DNA of 64,000 bases from Lama glama (taxonomy: Eukaryota): positions 746,001 through 810,000 of the forward strand of contig CM052818.1 of NCBI GenBank assembly GCA_028534125.1, in the 5' to 3' direction. The notes under the pieces were generated by a model, which worked only from the letters and a program-made list of their open reading frames with translations, was not told where the DNA came from and did not search any database. The position numbers and the translations under genes are program-made. Positions 38,231-49,501 of this stretch are shown here, one piece after another; the stretch's first letter is position 1, and every line of letters begins with the position of its first letter.

Positions 38231-39294
38231 TGTATATATATATATTTTTTTTCATTGAAGTACAGTCAGTTTACAATGTTGTGTCAGTTTCTGGTGTACA
38301 GCATATGCTTTAGGCATACACGAACATACATACATTTTTTCATATTTTTTCATCATAAGTTACTACATGATACTGAATACAGTTCCCTGTGCTATACAAT
38401 ATGAACTTGTTGTTTATCTATTTTAGATATATTAGTTAGTATCTACAAATCTCGAACTCCCAATTTATCCTTTTCTACCCTTTTCCCCACCCAATAACCG
38501 TAAGTTTGTTTTCTATGTCTGTCTTTCCGTTTTGTAAGTAAGTTTGTCTTTTTTTTTATAGGATTCCACATGTAAGTGATATCATATAGTATTCTTCTTT
38601 CTCCTTTTGGCTTACTTTACTTAGAATAACAATTTCCAGGTCCATGCATATTGCTGCAAACGACATTATTTTATTCTTTTTTATGGCCGAGTGGTATTCC
38701 ATTGTATAAATATACTACAACTTCTTTATCCAGTTATCTGTTGATGGACATTTAGGTTGTTTCTGTGTCTTGGCTATTGTAAACAGTTCCACCATTAACA
38801 GTGGGGTACATGTATCTTTTTGAACTAAGATTCTCTCTGGATATATACCCAGGAGTGGGATTGCTGGATCATACGTTAAGTCTATGGGAGGAAATATTTG
38901 CAAAAGATGAGACTGACAAGGGCTTAATTTCCAGAATATACAAACAGCTCATACGACTTATTAAGAAAAAAGCAGCCCAATCCAAAAATGGGCAGAAGAC
39001 CTAAACAATCAATTCTCCAATGAAGACATACAAATGGCTTACAGGCACTAAAAAAAAAGCTAAATATTGCTAATTATCACAGAAATGGAAATCAAAACTA
39101 CAATGAGGTATCATCTCACAACAGTCAGAATGGCCATTATTCAAAAGTGCACAGATGATAAATGCTGGAGTGGGCGTGGAGAAAAGGGAATCCTCCCACA
39201 CTGTTGGTGGGAATGTGGTTTGGTGCAGCTGTTATGGAAAACAGTATGGAGATTCCTCAAAAGACTAAAAAAAAAGACCATATGATCCAGCAAT
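38231..39294 (-). mobile_element. 5'-inverted (twin-primed) L1 with 22-bp TSD
   Basis: A minus-strand 3' end (38231 to about 38883) is joined to a plus-strand ORF2 segment (about 38884-39294). TSD acctttataggtatttttaatc at 38209-38230 and 39295-39316. Confidence 0.9.
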
Positions 39295-39676
39295 ACCTTT
39301 ATAGGTATTTTTAATCACCAAAGTCCTATTGAAGTAAATTAACTGGACAGGTAGTTAGGAAGTTTTTGAAGAACAAAGGTCTACATACAACAATGTTATT
39401 AGAGAGTCAGCATTTCATGGCATCAATTTTTTTATCAATAAAGTTTTTAAAAGTCCATTATGTGATGAATTTCTGGCAATGAGATTAACCTGTGTACAAT
39501 ATTCATAAAGCACTCCAGAAATATCACAAAGAGCTTTCAGAAATGTTCATTTTACCCACCAATGTATACCAAAAATTACAGCTAATATTCTATTTCACAT
39601 ATGAGCAAGACAGAGGAGGACTGAAGAATGCAAGAACAGAGGACACTTTACTATTTTTTAAAAAAATTAAAAACAA

Positions 39677-39758
39677 TTTTAATGGAGGTATTGGAGATTG
39701 AACCCAGGACCTCACGCATGCTAGGCATGTGCTCTACCACTGAACTATTCCCCACCCC
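39677..39758 (-). mobile_element. vic-1-like SINE, about 70 nt downstream of the exon 14 donor
   Basis: atggaggtattggagattgaacccaggacctcacgcatgctaggcatgtgctctaccactgaactattccccacccc. Confidence 0.85.
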
Positions 39759-39825
39759 TAAGAATACTTTTCTATTTATACTCCTTTTGGAAGAAAGTAA
39801 TATGCAGATAATTCAGTTCCACTAC

Positions 39826-39963
39826 CTGTAGTGTTTTTCTGCAAGGATGATTCTTCTTCAGGTCGGACAGCCTCGGTCACTACCCTCTTACTGTAGATCT
39901 CCTTTTCCTGGTTTTTCTCTGAGAGGTTCTCATCTGACGTGATGAGAACTTGAACTTGAGCAT
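39826..39963 (-). CDS. ALMS1: ALMS1 coding exon (exon 14 equivalent), 138 nt, phase 1-1
   Basis: Acceptor ttattattccag|AT and donor CAG|gtagtg. Encodes DAQVQVLITSDENLSEKNQEKEIYSKRVVTEAVRPEEESSLQKNTT. Confidence 0.9.
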
Positions 39964-42406
39964 CTGGAATAATAACATCATTTGATCCCACGGAGAAGGA
40001 AAAGGTAGTAAACACCACAGACAAGTAATCTGCTCCACCCTACTCCCAAACAAAATACATTAGGAAAAAAAGCATCTCAGGCCTTACCACGTAAAAGCTG
40101 TGACAGTTTTGGGGGCTTTATAACATGTGACAGTTTTGGGGAGAGGCTGGAAAGTTTTCCATATTTCTTTGCATACAATGACTTTGCTGATTTGATGCAA
40201 CAGTAAGCAAATAAAAAAATAAATAAAAAAACTTCAGATCAGGTTATCTTTTTCAAAGCAGAAAAGCAGATTTGAACAACTCTATAAAGTCCTTTCGCCT
40301 ATTCAAAGTTTTTGTCACTTACGGAGAAAATTTCGTTATTAAATGTAATCTTAGAAAAGTATCTGTATCATCTAGATTTTATATATAGTACTCATGTAAT
40401 TTTTTAAAATCTGAGATTGTATCCTTTTAAACTTATCTATACTTAGGTTTTTGTTTTTTTGGTCATACTTGTAAGAGATTTATCTACCTTATTGGTCTTT
40501 TAAAATCAGCTTTTTCTTTTTTATCACATGAAAAAACTCAAGTGCAAAATAATATGTTGGTAAATAAATTAAAAGTCACCAATACAACAACTAGAATACA
40601 GTCATTAAAGTTAATAATGTTTATACATTAGATTGACAAGAGATTCATTTCCTATCTCTAAGAACGAATATTTTTCAACAAAGCAATCAGAAAGGCAATA
40701 GAGGTGACTAAAAACAACATAATGAACAACAATGTATCTATCATAGAGCTTAATAAATAAAACATTATAGATATAACGATAATGATTCCCTGTGTAAAGC
40801 CTCAATAATACCATTCTCTCTTTTCAGTAACAAACTTAAACTGAATTTAGAGTCTGTCAACCTCCAGGACATTTTTGAAAAAATTTTTTTTTTCAACTAT
40901 ATTGCATATTTTAATCAACAATGCACCAGATTGTTTTGCATGTCTTTAAACCTTACATAAAGGGTATAACACTACCTTAAGTAACGTGCCTTTTACACTC
41001 AGTATTATGACTTGGGAATTTACTCATAGTGACTCTGATTTTCAATGTTATGTAGTATCTATTGAATTAATGTATCAGTTCACCTACTGATCAGTTTTAG
41101 GCTATTTCTAATTTTTTTACAAACTGAAGTACAGTTAATTCACAAAGTTGTGTTAATTTCCGGTGTGCAGCATAGTGAGATAGATAGATAGACCTTTTCC
41201 TATTCTTTTTCACTATAGGTGATTACAAGATATTGAATACTGTTCCCTGCGCTATACAGTAGGACCTTGTTGTTTATATCTTTTATATATAGCAGTATCT
41301 GCAAATCTCAAACTCCCATTTTATCCCTTTCCACCCCTTTAACCTGCTGGTAACCAGAAGTTTGTTTTCTTTGTCTGAGTCTGTTTCTGTTTTGTAAATA
41401 AATTCATTTGTCTCCTTTTTTAGATTCCACATATATATAAGTAATATAGAGTATTTTTCCTTCTCTTTCTGGCTGACTTCACTTAGTATGACAATCTCCG
41501 GGTCCATCCATGTTGCTGCAAATGGTATTATTTGATTCTTTTTTTATGTTTGAGTAGTACATTTCTAATTGTTTCATATTAAGAAGCATTAAAATCAACA
41601 TTATTGTAAAACATCTTTGTAGGTTGTATGAGTTACCAATCAGCTTCTCTGTCTTTGTCTTTGAATTGTTTGATGTCTTTTGGTGCAAAAAGTTTGTCAT
41701 TTTAATACTATTACATTTATTTTCTTTTTCCTTCATGGTCTGTGTTTCATATGTCTTATTTAAGAAATCATTATTTCATGGTCAAAAGATGAACACCTAA
41801 ATTCTAAAAGCTTGAAGTTTTCCTTTTTACATTTAATATCTCTGGACTACATTTTTGTTTAGTGTGCAGTAGGATTTATCTGGTTTTATGTTTTCTTAAA
41901 CATAAAATCAGTGGCCCAAACACAACTGAGCAGTTCCTCCTGTTCCCATGGATTACGATATCATCTCTGTCATATATTATGTTTCTGCATTCATAGGTGT
42001 TTCTGGGTCATAAACTTGTTTCACTTTCTCTGTTTATTCCTTTGCAAATAAGGTCTTAAATAAGTTATATATATATGTAGTAAATCTTCATGTCTGGTAT
42101 GGCAAGTTCCCTTACCTTACTCTTTAAATATACTTCTTGATTTTCCATAAAAAATTTAGAATCAGCTTACCAAGTTCCATGAAAAATCCTACTGGAATTT
42201 TGAGTAGTGATGCACTGAATTTAGAAGTTAATTTGGTGAGAACTGACATCTGTAATATATTATTTTTGTATAAATCTCCCATTATTTAGGTGCTCCTTAA
42301 TATAGTTTAGTGAAGTTTTACCATTTTCTCTACATTATTCTTGCATGTCCTTTGTTAGATTCATTTTTAAGTACCTTATTTTTTGTTGTTTTTAAAAGAG
42401 GTATCT

Positions 42407-42501
42407 TTTTTTTTTTTTGATGGAGGTACTGGGGATTGAACGCAGGACCCTGTGCTTGCTAAGTTTGTGCTCCATCACCTAGCTGTTGTTTCCTTACCCC
42501 C
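42407..42501 (-). mobile_element. vic-1-like SINE with TSD aaagaggtatcttt
   Basis: tggaggtactggggattgaacgcaggaccctgtgcttgctaag flanked by aaagaggtatcttt on both sides. Confidence 0.88.
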
Positions 42502-43589
42502 AAAGAGGTATCTTTAAAAAAAAAACCCTTTTGCATTGTGTATCAGAAGGCATGTACCAAGAAATGAACACAGAGCTCAGTGAATTGTCAAAAAGTGAAC
42601 ACGTACCCGGGTTAAAAAAAAAAAATCTGGCTAGAAGCCTACATGCTCCTCTCATTCTTCCAATCTCTCCCAGGCTGAGCATCACACTCCATTTTAAATG
42701 CAACAAATTACTTTTACTTCTGAATTTTGTATAAATGGAATGAAACAGCACATTTTCTTTTATGTCTCGCTTTCTTCTCTTACATTATATTTGTAAGATT
42801 CATTAGGTGCTATAACATATATTTGTCCTTTACTCATTCTTATTTGCCGGTTAGTATTCAATAATGTTAATATGCCACAATTTATCCACACTACTGGAAA
42901 AAATAATAGACATCTGGGTAATTTCCAGTTTGGAGCTGTAACAAAAACTGCTGTAAAGAGTATTCATGTGTGTCTACTGATGCTTGTGCACATCCTTCTC
43001 TGTGGAGTATAAAGTTAGGAACAGAACAGCTAGGTTATGCTTTAGTGTAACTTAGTAGATAATAGCAAATTGCTTTCCAAAATCACTCTACCAATTTATA
43101 TTCTTACCAGCAGTGAATAAGTACTATTGTTCTATATTCTTACCAACATGGTATTATCTTTTTCATTTCAGCTATTCTAATAGGTATGCAGAGATACTGT
43201 CATTGCATTTCCCTACTGATGACTTAAGTTGAATATGCTGCATATGTTCATCAGCTATTGGATATTCTCTTTTATAAAGTACCTATTTTAAGTCTTTTGC
43301 CCTTTTTTCAAGTTGGATTGATTATCTTTTTCTCATTGATTTATATGAGTTCTTTTTATATTCTGGATGTAAGTCCTTTGTGAACTATGTATTGTAAATA
43401 TCTTCTCCACTCTGTGCCTTGCCTTTCACTCTCTTATTTGGTGGAATACACTAATTTAATGTGACATATTTGTCAATATTTTCCTTTATGGCTATTATTT
43501 TGGGGCCGTGGGGGAAGAAATCCAATTTAATAAGTCTTTTCTCATTTCAAGATTATAAGGACATACTCCTCTGTATTTCCTTACAGAAG

Positions 43590-43624
43590 ATAGATCGACC
43601 TACCTACCTATCTAATCTAATCTA

Positions 43625-43657
<33 letters not shown>
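43590..43657. repeat. Compound tetranucleotide microsatellite (TCTA/TCTG/CCTA)
   Basis: cctacctacctatctaatctaatctatctgtctgtctgtctgtctatctatctatctatc. Confidence 0.85.
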
Positions 43658-43658
<1 letters not shown>

Positions 43659-44996
43659 CCTTTCACATTTAAATCTACAAAGTATATGGAATTGATGTTG
43701 GTATATAGTGTGAGGTAGCGGGTCAGTGATGCAAAGTTTGGAAGTAGACCAACAATGATAGAAATAGGAGGTCTCTGCAACAAGTGGGAGGTTACAGGGG
43801 TCCCTCAGGTAACAAAGCCTGATTTTATTTCAAATATAGCATCCTTACTAAATGTGGCCTAGAGGTGAGTTATAGCTGGTAAGTTCACTGCACAGACTTC
43901 TGACAGAGTTCCCTTAGTCTATCATTTTGTTCCCTGTCAGTTTTTCCATATCCACCCCGTCTCAAGTGTCTGACAGTGGGACCCAATTGCCATTAGCACA
44001 CAGCTAGTATATGAGAGTTTTCATGTATGACTTCTGCCTTTTGATTTCCTTGGCAGCCTCGATGTTAACTGGCAGATGTGCTTCTTTTCTCTCATTTCAA
44101 AAGGCACTTACAAGCAGACTTCAATGTGCTTTTCGGTGCAACAAAAAGTTATCTATACAAATAAATGTGTGCACTTTAATAAGCAGCCTTTCTTTTGGTT
44201 TCCTTATGACAGCATTAACACCATCACGTGAAGTCATTAGCACTATACCAAAACTGGAACGTAGAGCCACCCTGTGTCTGAATACTGTCCAGGGATTAGT
44301 AGCTCCTGTTTGGCTAACAGCTACGCACAGGAACAAAAAAAAAACGTAAATGCAACAAAGCAACACAGGCAATTATACATGCAGAATTTTCAGCGGCTCC
44401 TGGAATTTTCACTTAATACTACTGTATATCAACTAAAGAAGCACAATGTCAGTGACGCAGAGGAAAAAATCACACAGATCCCTAAAAATTTAAAGCTTTT
44501 ATTGAACAGTGGGGCCTATACCTGGGGATAAGGTTGAAAACTCAAATATCCACAGTGGCCAGACAGACAAGGTGGATGCATGAAAAAGACTGGGTCTGAG
44601 TTGTGGGGACTGAAGCAAAGAGGAGAATGTATGTCCTCTACAGAGTATGGCCATGCCTCAGGAGCAGCTTATAACTGCACAAGGTGAGTACAAGCAGATA
44701 TTCTGACTTTTCAACAGAAACCCAAAATCTTATTTTGAAATGTTGGCAGCAAAATTTTAAAACACCATGTGAGCCATACGCTTTCCTGGAGAATCCAGCC
44801 TATAAGATACTTGTTTACTTTATCTGACAGATAAATTCATGAGGCATTTTAATCAAGATTTTCTACGGATTTTAGTCTTTAAAACATACTTAATTGGATA
44901 TCATTTCATTTCAAAAGTTGAAACATTTCCCATAGTGAAAATAGTTTACAGCTTTCAAAAATCTGTTAAACATTTTAAAAGATTTTATATTTTCTT

Positions 44997-45338
44997 CCCT
45001 AGAAAAATACCATATAAGATCGCTCATATCTGGAACCTAAAAAAAAAAACACAAAATACAAAACAGAAATAGATTCATAGACATAGAATACAAACTTGTG
45101 GTTGCCAAGGGGGCAGGGGGTGGGAGAGGACAGACTGGGATTTCAAAATGTAGAACAGATAAACAAGATCATACTATATAGCACAGGGAAATATATACAA
45201 GATCTTATGGTAGCTCACAGCGAAAAAAAATGTGACAATGAATATGTATATGTTCATGTATAACTGAAAAATTGTGCTCTACACTGGAATTTGACACAAC
45301 ATTGTAAAATGACTATAACTCAATAAAAAAATGTTAAA
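44997..45338 (+). mobile_element. Young 5'-truncated L1 3' end with 20-bp TSD
   Basis: L1 3'UTR ending gactataactcaataaaaaa. TSD aaaagattttatattttctt at 44977-44996 and 45339-45358. Confidence 0.9.
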
Positions 45339-45490
45339 AAAAGATTTTATATTTTCTTTCTTATGTACACCCAATAAAATAGCTAGGAGAAAAGTGCATA
45401 ACAAAGTAGGGAAATAAAGACAGACTAGACAATATTTTCACATAGGATGTATGGGAAAAAAAAGCCACAAAATACACAAAGCCAATCTAC

Positions 45491-45661
45491 CTGCATGATC
45501 TTTCTGAAAGGGTTTTTTCCCCACTGACGAGGGTGCTTTAGAAACCACTCTCTTACTGTAGATCCCCTCTTTATGTTTAATGTTAACAGTGTCTGCCAGG
45601 TCATCATTCCTTGTGCCTAGCACCTGAGCCGGGAAGTCTGGAGCAATGGCATCATTAGATC
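45491..45661 (-). CDS. ALMS1: ALMS1 coding exon (exon 13 equivalent), 171 nt, phase 1-1
   Basis: Acceptor tttttctgtag|GA and donor CAG|gtagat. Encodes GSNDAIAPDFPAQVLGTRNDDLADTVNIKHKEGIYSKRVVSKAPSSVGKKPFQKDHA. Confidence 0.95.
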
Positions 45662-46759
45662 CTACAGAAAAATGGGAAAGTAGTACAGTTAATACAAATA
45701 TAGATATTAAGTTGAAAACAGACAAAAGATTTACCTCTTAAAACACTTCTATAAAAAAGGCACTGCAATGGGAGTGTTCCAGGGTGATCAGAAGGAAACA
45801 TCAATCAAACTTAACCTGACAGAAACTTGCAAAATTGCACCAATACAGTGGAGAAGCAAATGATGTAAGAGGAGACATACAGAGCATTAGTTCAGAAAGG
45901 AAACAATTTTCAGCTGAGGAATGTTTTCAGAGGAGGAGAAAGTAGACTGTACCTTGGAAAGTAAATAGGCTTTTTGAAATACTGAAAGGAAGGGAGAAAG
46001 AAAGGCATTTTAGTTAGAGGTTATGGCATTAGCAAAGATAAAGAGGCAGGAAAACAAACAGTATACAAAAAGAGCAGACAGCTTTGTGGTCAGACTGGAT
46101 TACAGATTTCATTAGAAAGAGTGGTGGGGGATATTAAAAAATAATTGCTTGGGACAAAAATTCAGCAGGGCATGGAATCCCAAGCTAAAGAGTGAAAAGA
46201 GAGTAAATTTTATTGTACATGAAATGCAACATCATTAAGGATTTGTTAATAAAGGGAAAATGTAATCAGTTACATTTTTGGAAGATTAATCTGACAATAC
46301 AAAACAAAACACTGTAAGGAAAATTTTATGTGATAAAGAAGTATGAGATTTGAAAGTAACTTTATTTTCTTTTAAAATATATTTCAATATTCTTATATCC
46401 ACTGATATAGGAACTGATAAGAGAAGTTTATCCATGCCAGATGTAAGAGGCAAAAGAACATCTCCGGACACACAAGAGTTTGTGGAAACTATAGAATTAT
46501 CTTCTACGAAAATGTTTTTTTCTTTCTTATCTGGTATTCTATACTCCATGTGTTTGCTAAGCACGTAAAATGTGTGTGGCAATAAAAGCTGGGTAAGTAT
46601 CAGTTCATCAGTATAGTGCAAATATAAATAAGTCATGAAGAATTTTTCAGGACAAATTCAAGGATCCTCTTAATTAAGCCTTCTGGTCATATGTACACTG
46701 AGCTTTTTCTTAGCTTCTGTGGCCTCACTTTGTTTTATCAACTCCCTACCTCTCTGGTA

Positions 46760-48475
46760 AATGCTTAGTGTCCTTTCTTCTACCAAATCTCTCAATGATG
46801 GAGTTCTCAAGGGTCAGAACTCTCTTCCTGGATGAATTCTCCGATGCATGGAACACTATCTATATGCTGATGATCAACAAAGTGTATATCTCTAGCTGGA
46901 ATCTTTCTTCTGAGCTTCGAATTCTAGCATTCAAGACACAGCTAGCCTCTATAGCATTTTGGGAAGAAATGAGAAAAAGAGGTCTCTTTCTCATAAAAAA
47001 TTAAGTTTTTATATATTATGGTACAACACAAACAACTGTGCATGAAGGTCTATTCACCACCACCCTTTGTTCTCCAAGAAAGGGGACTTTGTCAGGTTCA
47101 GAGTTAGGTGGGGAAGAATAATTAAGTTCCCGAGGGCAGTGGGTGGACGTGCAAGAGAATCAACCTTGGAGCTGAGAGGCAGTGGAAAGGGAGTGTAGTC
47201 ACATATATGTGTTTACACCAATGAGTGTATGTGTACTTATTTAACTGTATCTGTGCAGGGCTGTAGGATGTGTAAGTGTAGATTTATATTTGGGGGAGGA
47301 AGAGAGGTAAAATTACTGCTCCAGAACTCTAACAGCAGATTTGGAACCTTCATACCCACCTGTGTGTTTTCATAAAAAACAGCATGTTTATGATGTGAAC
47401 AGTGACACCTTCTATTTGGGGCCCTTCAGTACAACCTCATCATCTGTAAACAGAACCTGTCTACATTCAGTTGCAGATTTAACAACTCTAGATGGACCAG
47501 GAATAGAAATCTCATTTTTAACATGTCTGAAGCAGATACTTTGACCATCTTCCCCAAATCTGCTTCTTTCTTAGACTTCTCCATCTCAGTAAAAAGCACC
47601 TTTATTTGCCCAGTTGCTTACTCTAGAAAACTGGAAAAAACTAAAAAAAAAAAAACAAAGAAAAATTGTTTTCACCTCCTTCTCTCTCATTCTCTGTAGT
47701 CTAGCACCAAGCCCTGGAGGAACTATTTCTCAAAAATAAGATGTGTCCACTTCTCTCCATCTCTATCATCATCACTCTAATCCTAGATGCTACCATCTCT
47801 GATACTGACCACTGCAAAAGCCTTTAACTAATGTCCTCACTTGCACTTCTTAACTTCCCTCCCACCTAGGTCCCCTGCCTTTCTATCCACAAGCCATTCT
47901 CCAGATAGCAGCCCCAATAAAATTTACAAATGTAAATCAACCACAGTTGCCTACTAGAATAAAATTCAAACGCCTTACTATGGTTGACGCAACCCTGCAT
48001 GATCTTGAACCTACCTAGCTTTAATCATATCTAGCCATCCCTCTGCTCTATCCACACTGCCTTTTCTCATCTGTCAAATGTACTCAACTTTTCTGTTTCT
48101 GGAGCTCTGCGCAGAGGTTCCCTCTGACCAGAGGTTCCCTCTGACCACAACACTCTCACTCCCCCACCCTTCCTGCCTAACATACTTATATCCTCTAATT
48201 CTCAGCTTAAAAGTTTCTTCTTTGGAAAGGTCTTTATGAGCTCCTAAAACTAAACTGGATCCTCTAATTCTCTTAGAACTCTATTTTCTTGACATATCAT
48301 TTGTAATGATGTACTTATTTGTGTCTATTTGCTTAATATCCGTCTCCCTACCTGAACATGATTGTAGGGAACATGTTTTATTTTGTATACCCCTACACAC
48401 GTAGCACCTAGGATAGTCTCTGCCAGGAACAAGTAAGAGCTTTATTATTTCTTGGTTGAAGAAACAAATGAACAT
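46760..48475 (+). mobile_element. Fragmented L2 LINE fossil
   Basis: ctatatgctgatgatc...atctttcttctgagcttc; ttctccatctcagtaaaaagcacc; 3' end tagcacctaggatagtctctgccaggaacaagtaagagctttattatttcttggttgaagaaacaaatgaa. Confidence 0.65.
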
Positions 48476-48619
48476 GAGCTGAAAATTTGTCACTTAAAAA
48501 AAATCAATCTGATAATTGTAAAAATTCAGAAAAATATGCAAAAAACAACAACAAAAAAACCCCCAAATCTGGCCAAACTTGTTATACATCATTCTAAATG
48601 AACATATAGTGAGATCACA

Positions 48620-48945
48620 ACATATGAACTTATTTACAAACTGGAAATAGACTCACAGACATAAAAAGCAAACTTAATGTTACCAGGGGGCTATAGGGGT
48701 GGGGAGGGATAAATTGAGAGTTTGGGATTTGTAGATACTAACTACTATATATAAAATAGATAAATGACAAGGTCCTACTGTATAACATACGAACTATTAT
48801 ATTCAATATCTTATAATAGCCTATAATGAAAAAGAACATGAAAAGAAATATACACACACACACATACATATATGAATCACTATACTATACACCAGAAATG
48901 ATCAAAACATTGTAAATCAACTGTACTTCAACAAAAAAAACAAAA
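48620..48945 (+). mobile_element. L1 3'UTR fragment
   Basis: atgaacttatttacaaactggaaatagactcacagacata...acattgtaaatcaactgtacttcaacaaaaaaaa. Confidence 0.85.
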
Positions 48946-49372
48946 ATACATACCTGTATTTTTATTTATTAAACTGTTAGATCAAAAGTAAGTATTTTTA
49001 TGTTCTAATAACTTAGTATGTGTTTGAAAAAATACTTCATGTATTTATATATATTCCAAGCAATGATGAGAAAGACTATCATTGAAACACTAAGGGTACT
49101 GTGAACAGAGGAAACTTGGAAACTTTTGTCTTAGATGGAGTCCACTAACCCAAACAAATAATTGTTCATATAGTTTTCTTCAAATATTTATTAAATGTTT
49201 GAGTGTACATTGTACATCTAAACAAATGAACCACAGACTGAGTCATAAAAAATTCCATATTTCACTGAAAGATTAAATAGCACTGAGCTTTCACATGTTA
49301 TTCCAGAATTAACCAGCCAATCTACAAATAAAATTTCACAAAATAAAATTTTGAACAATTTCTGCATAATAC

Positions 49373-49501
49373 CTGAGTGTGAGCTCTCAATGGTGGTGTC
49401 TGATTTGGAATCCAGAGACAAAGAAGGAATTTCTTTCAATTGTGGAACATAGTACATCTTCATAGTACCAGAAGGCTTATATGGCAACAGTGAAGGTTGG
49501 T
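49373..49501 (-). CDS. ALMS1: ALMS1 coding exon (exon 12 equivalent), 129 nt, phase 1-1
   Basis: Acceptor atctctttag|AC and donor CAG|gtatta. Encodes DQPSLLPYKPSGTMKMYYVPQLKEIPSLSLDSKSDTTIESSHS. Confidence 0.95.

Larger units (their letters stand above)
40900..43720 (-). mobile_element. Old L1M fragments with a nested younger L1 3' end (about 41112-41560)
   Basis: Minus ORF MDPEIVILSEVSQKEKEKY; older ORF2-like text such as ttagaatcagcttaccaagttcc and aagtcctttgtgaactatgtattgtaaatatcttctcc. Confidence 0.75.

Noticed and set aside
44530..44820. Possible hAT-Charlie-type MER element (aggttgaaaactcaaatatccacagtggccag)
   Set aside because: The resemblance is from memory only; I could not define TIRs or TSD well enough to list it.
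46286..46636. 116-aa minus-strand ORF in intron 12 with an acceptor-like gtgcttag
   Set aside because: Splicing from exon 12 (phase 1) enters a different frame that stops after about 17 codons. No convincing donor and no recognisable homology.
48111..48147. Exact 17-bp tandem duplication agaggttccctctgacc (similar small duplications near 40100, 51030 and 58692)
   Set aside because: Ordinary slippage duplications, mostly inside old repeats. Two copies only, so not CRISPR-like or functional arrays.
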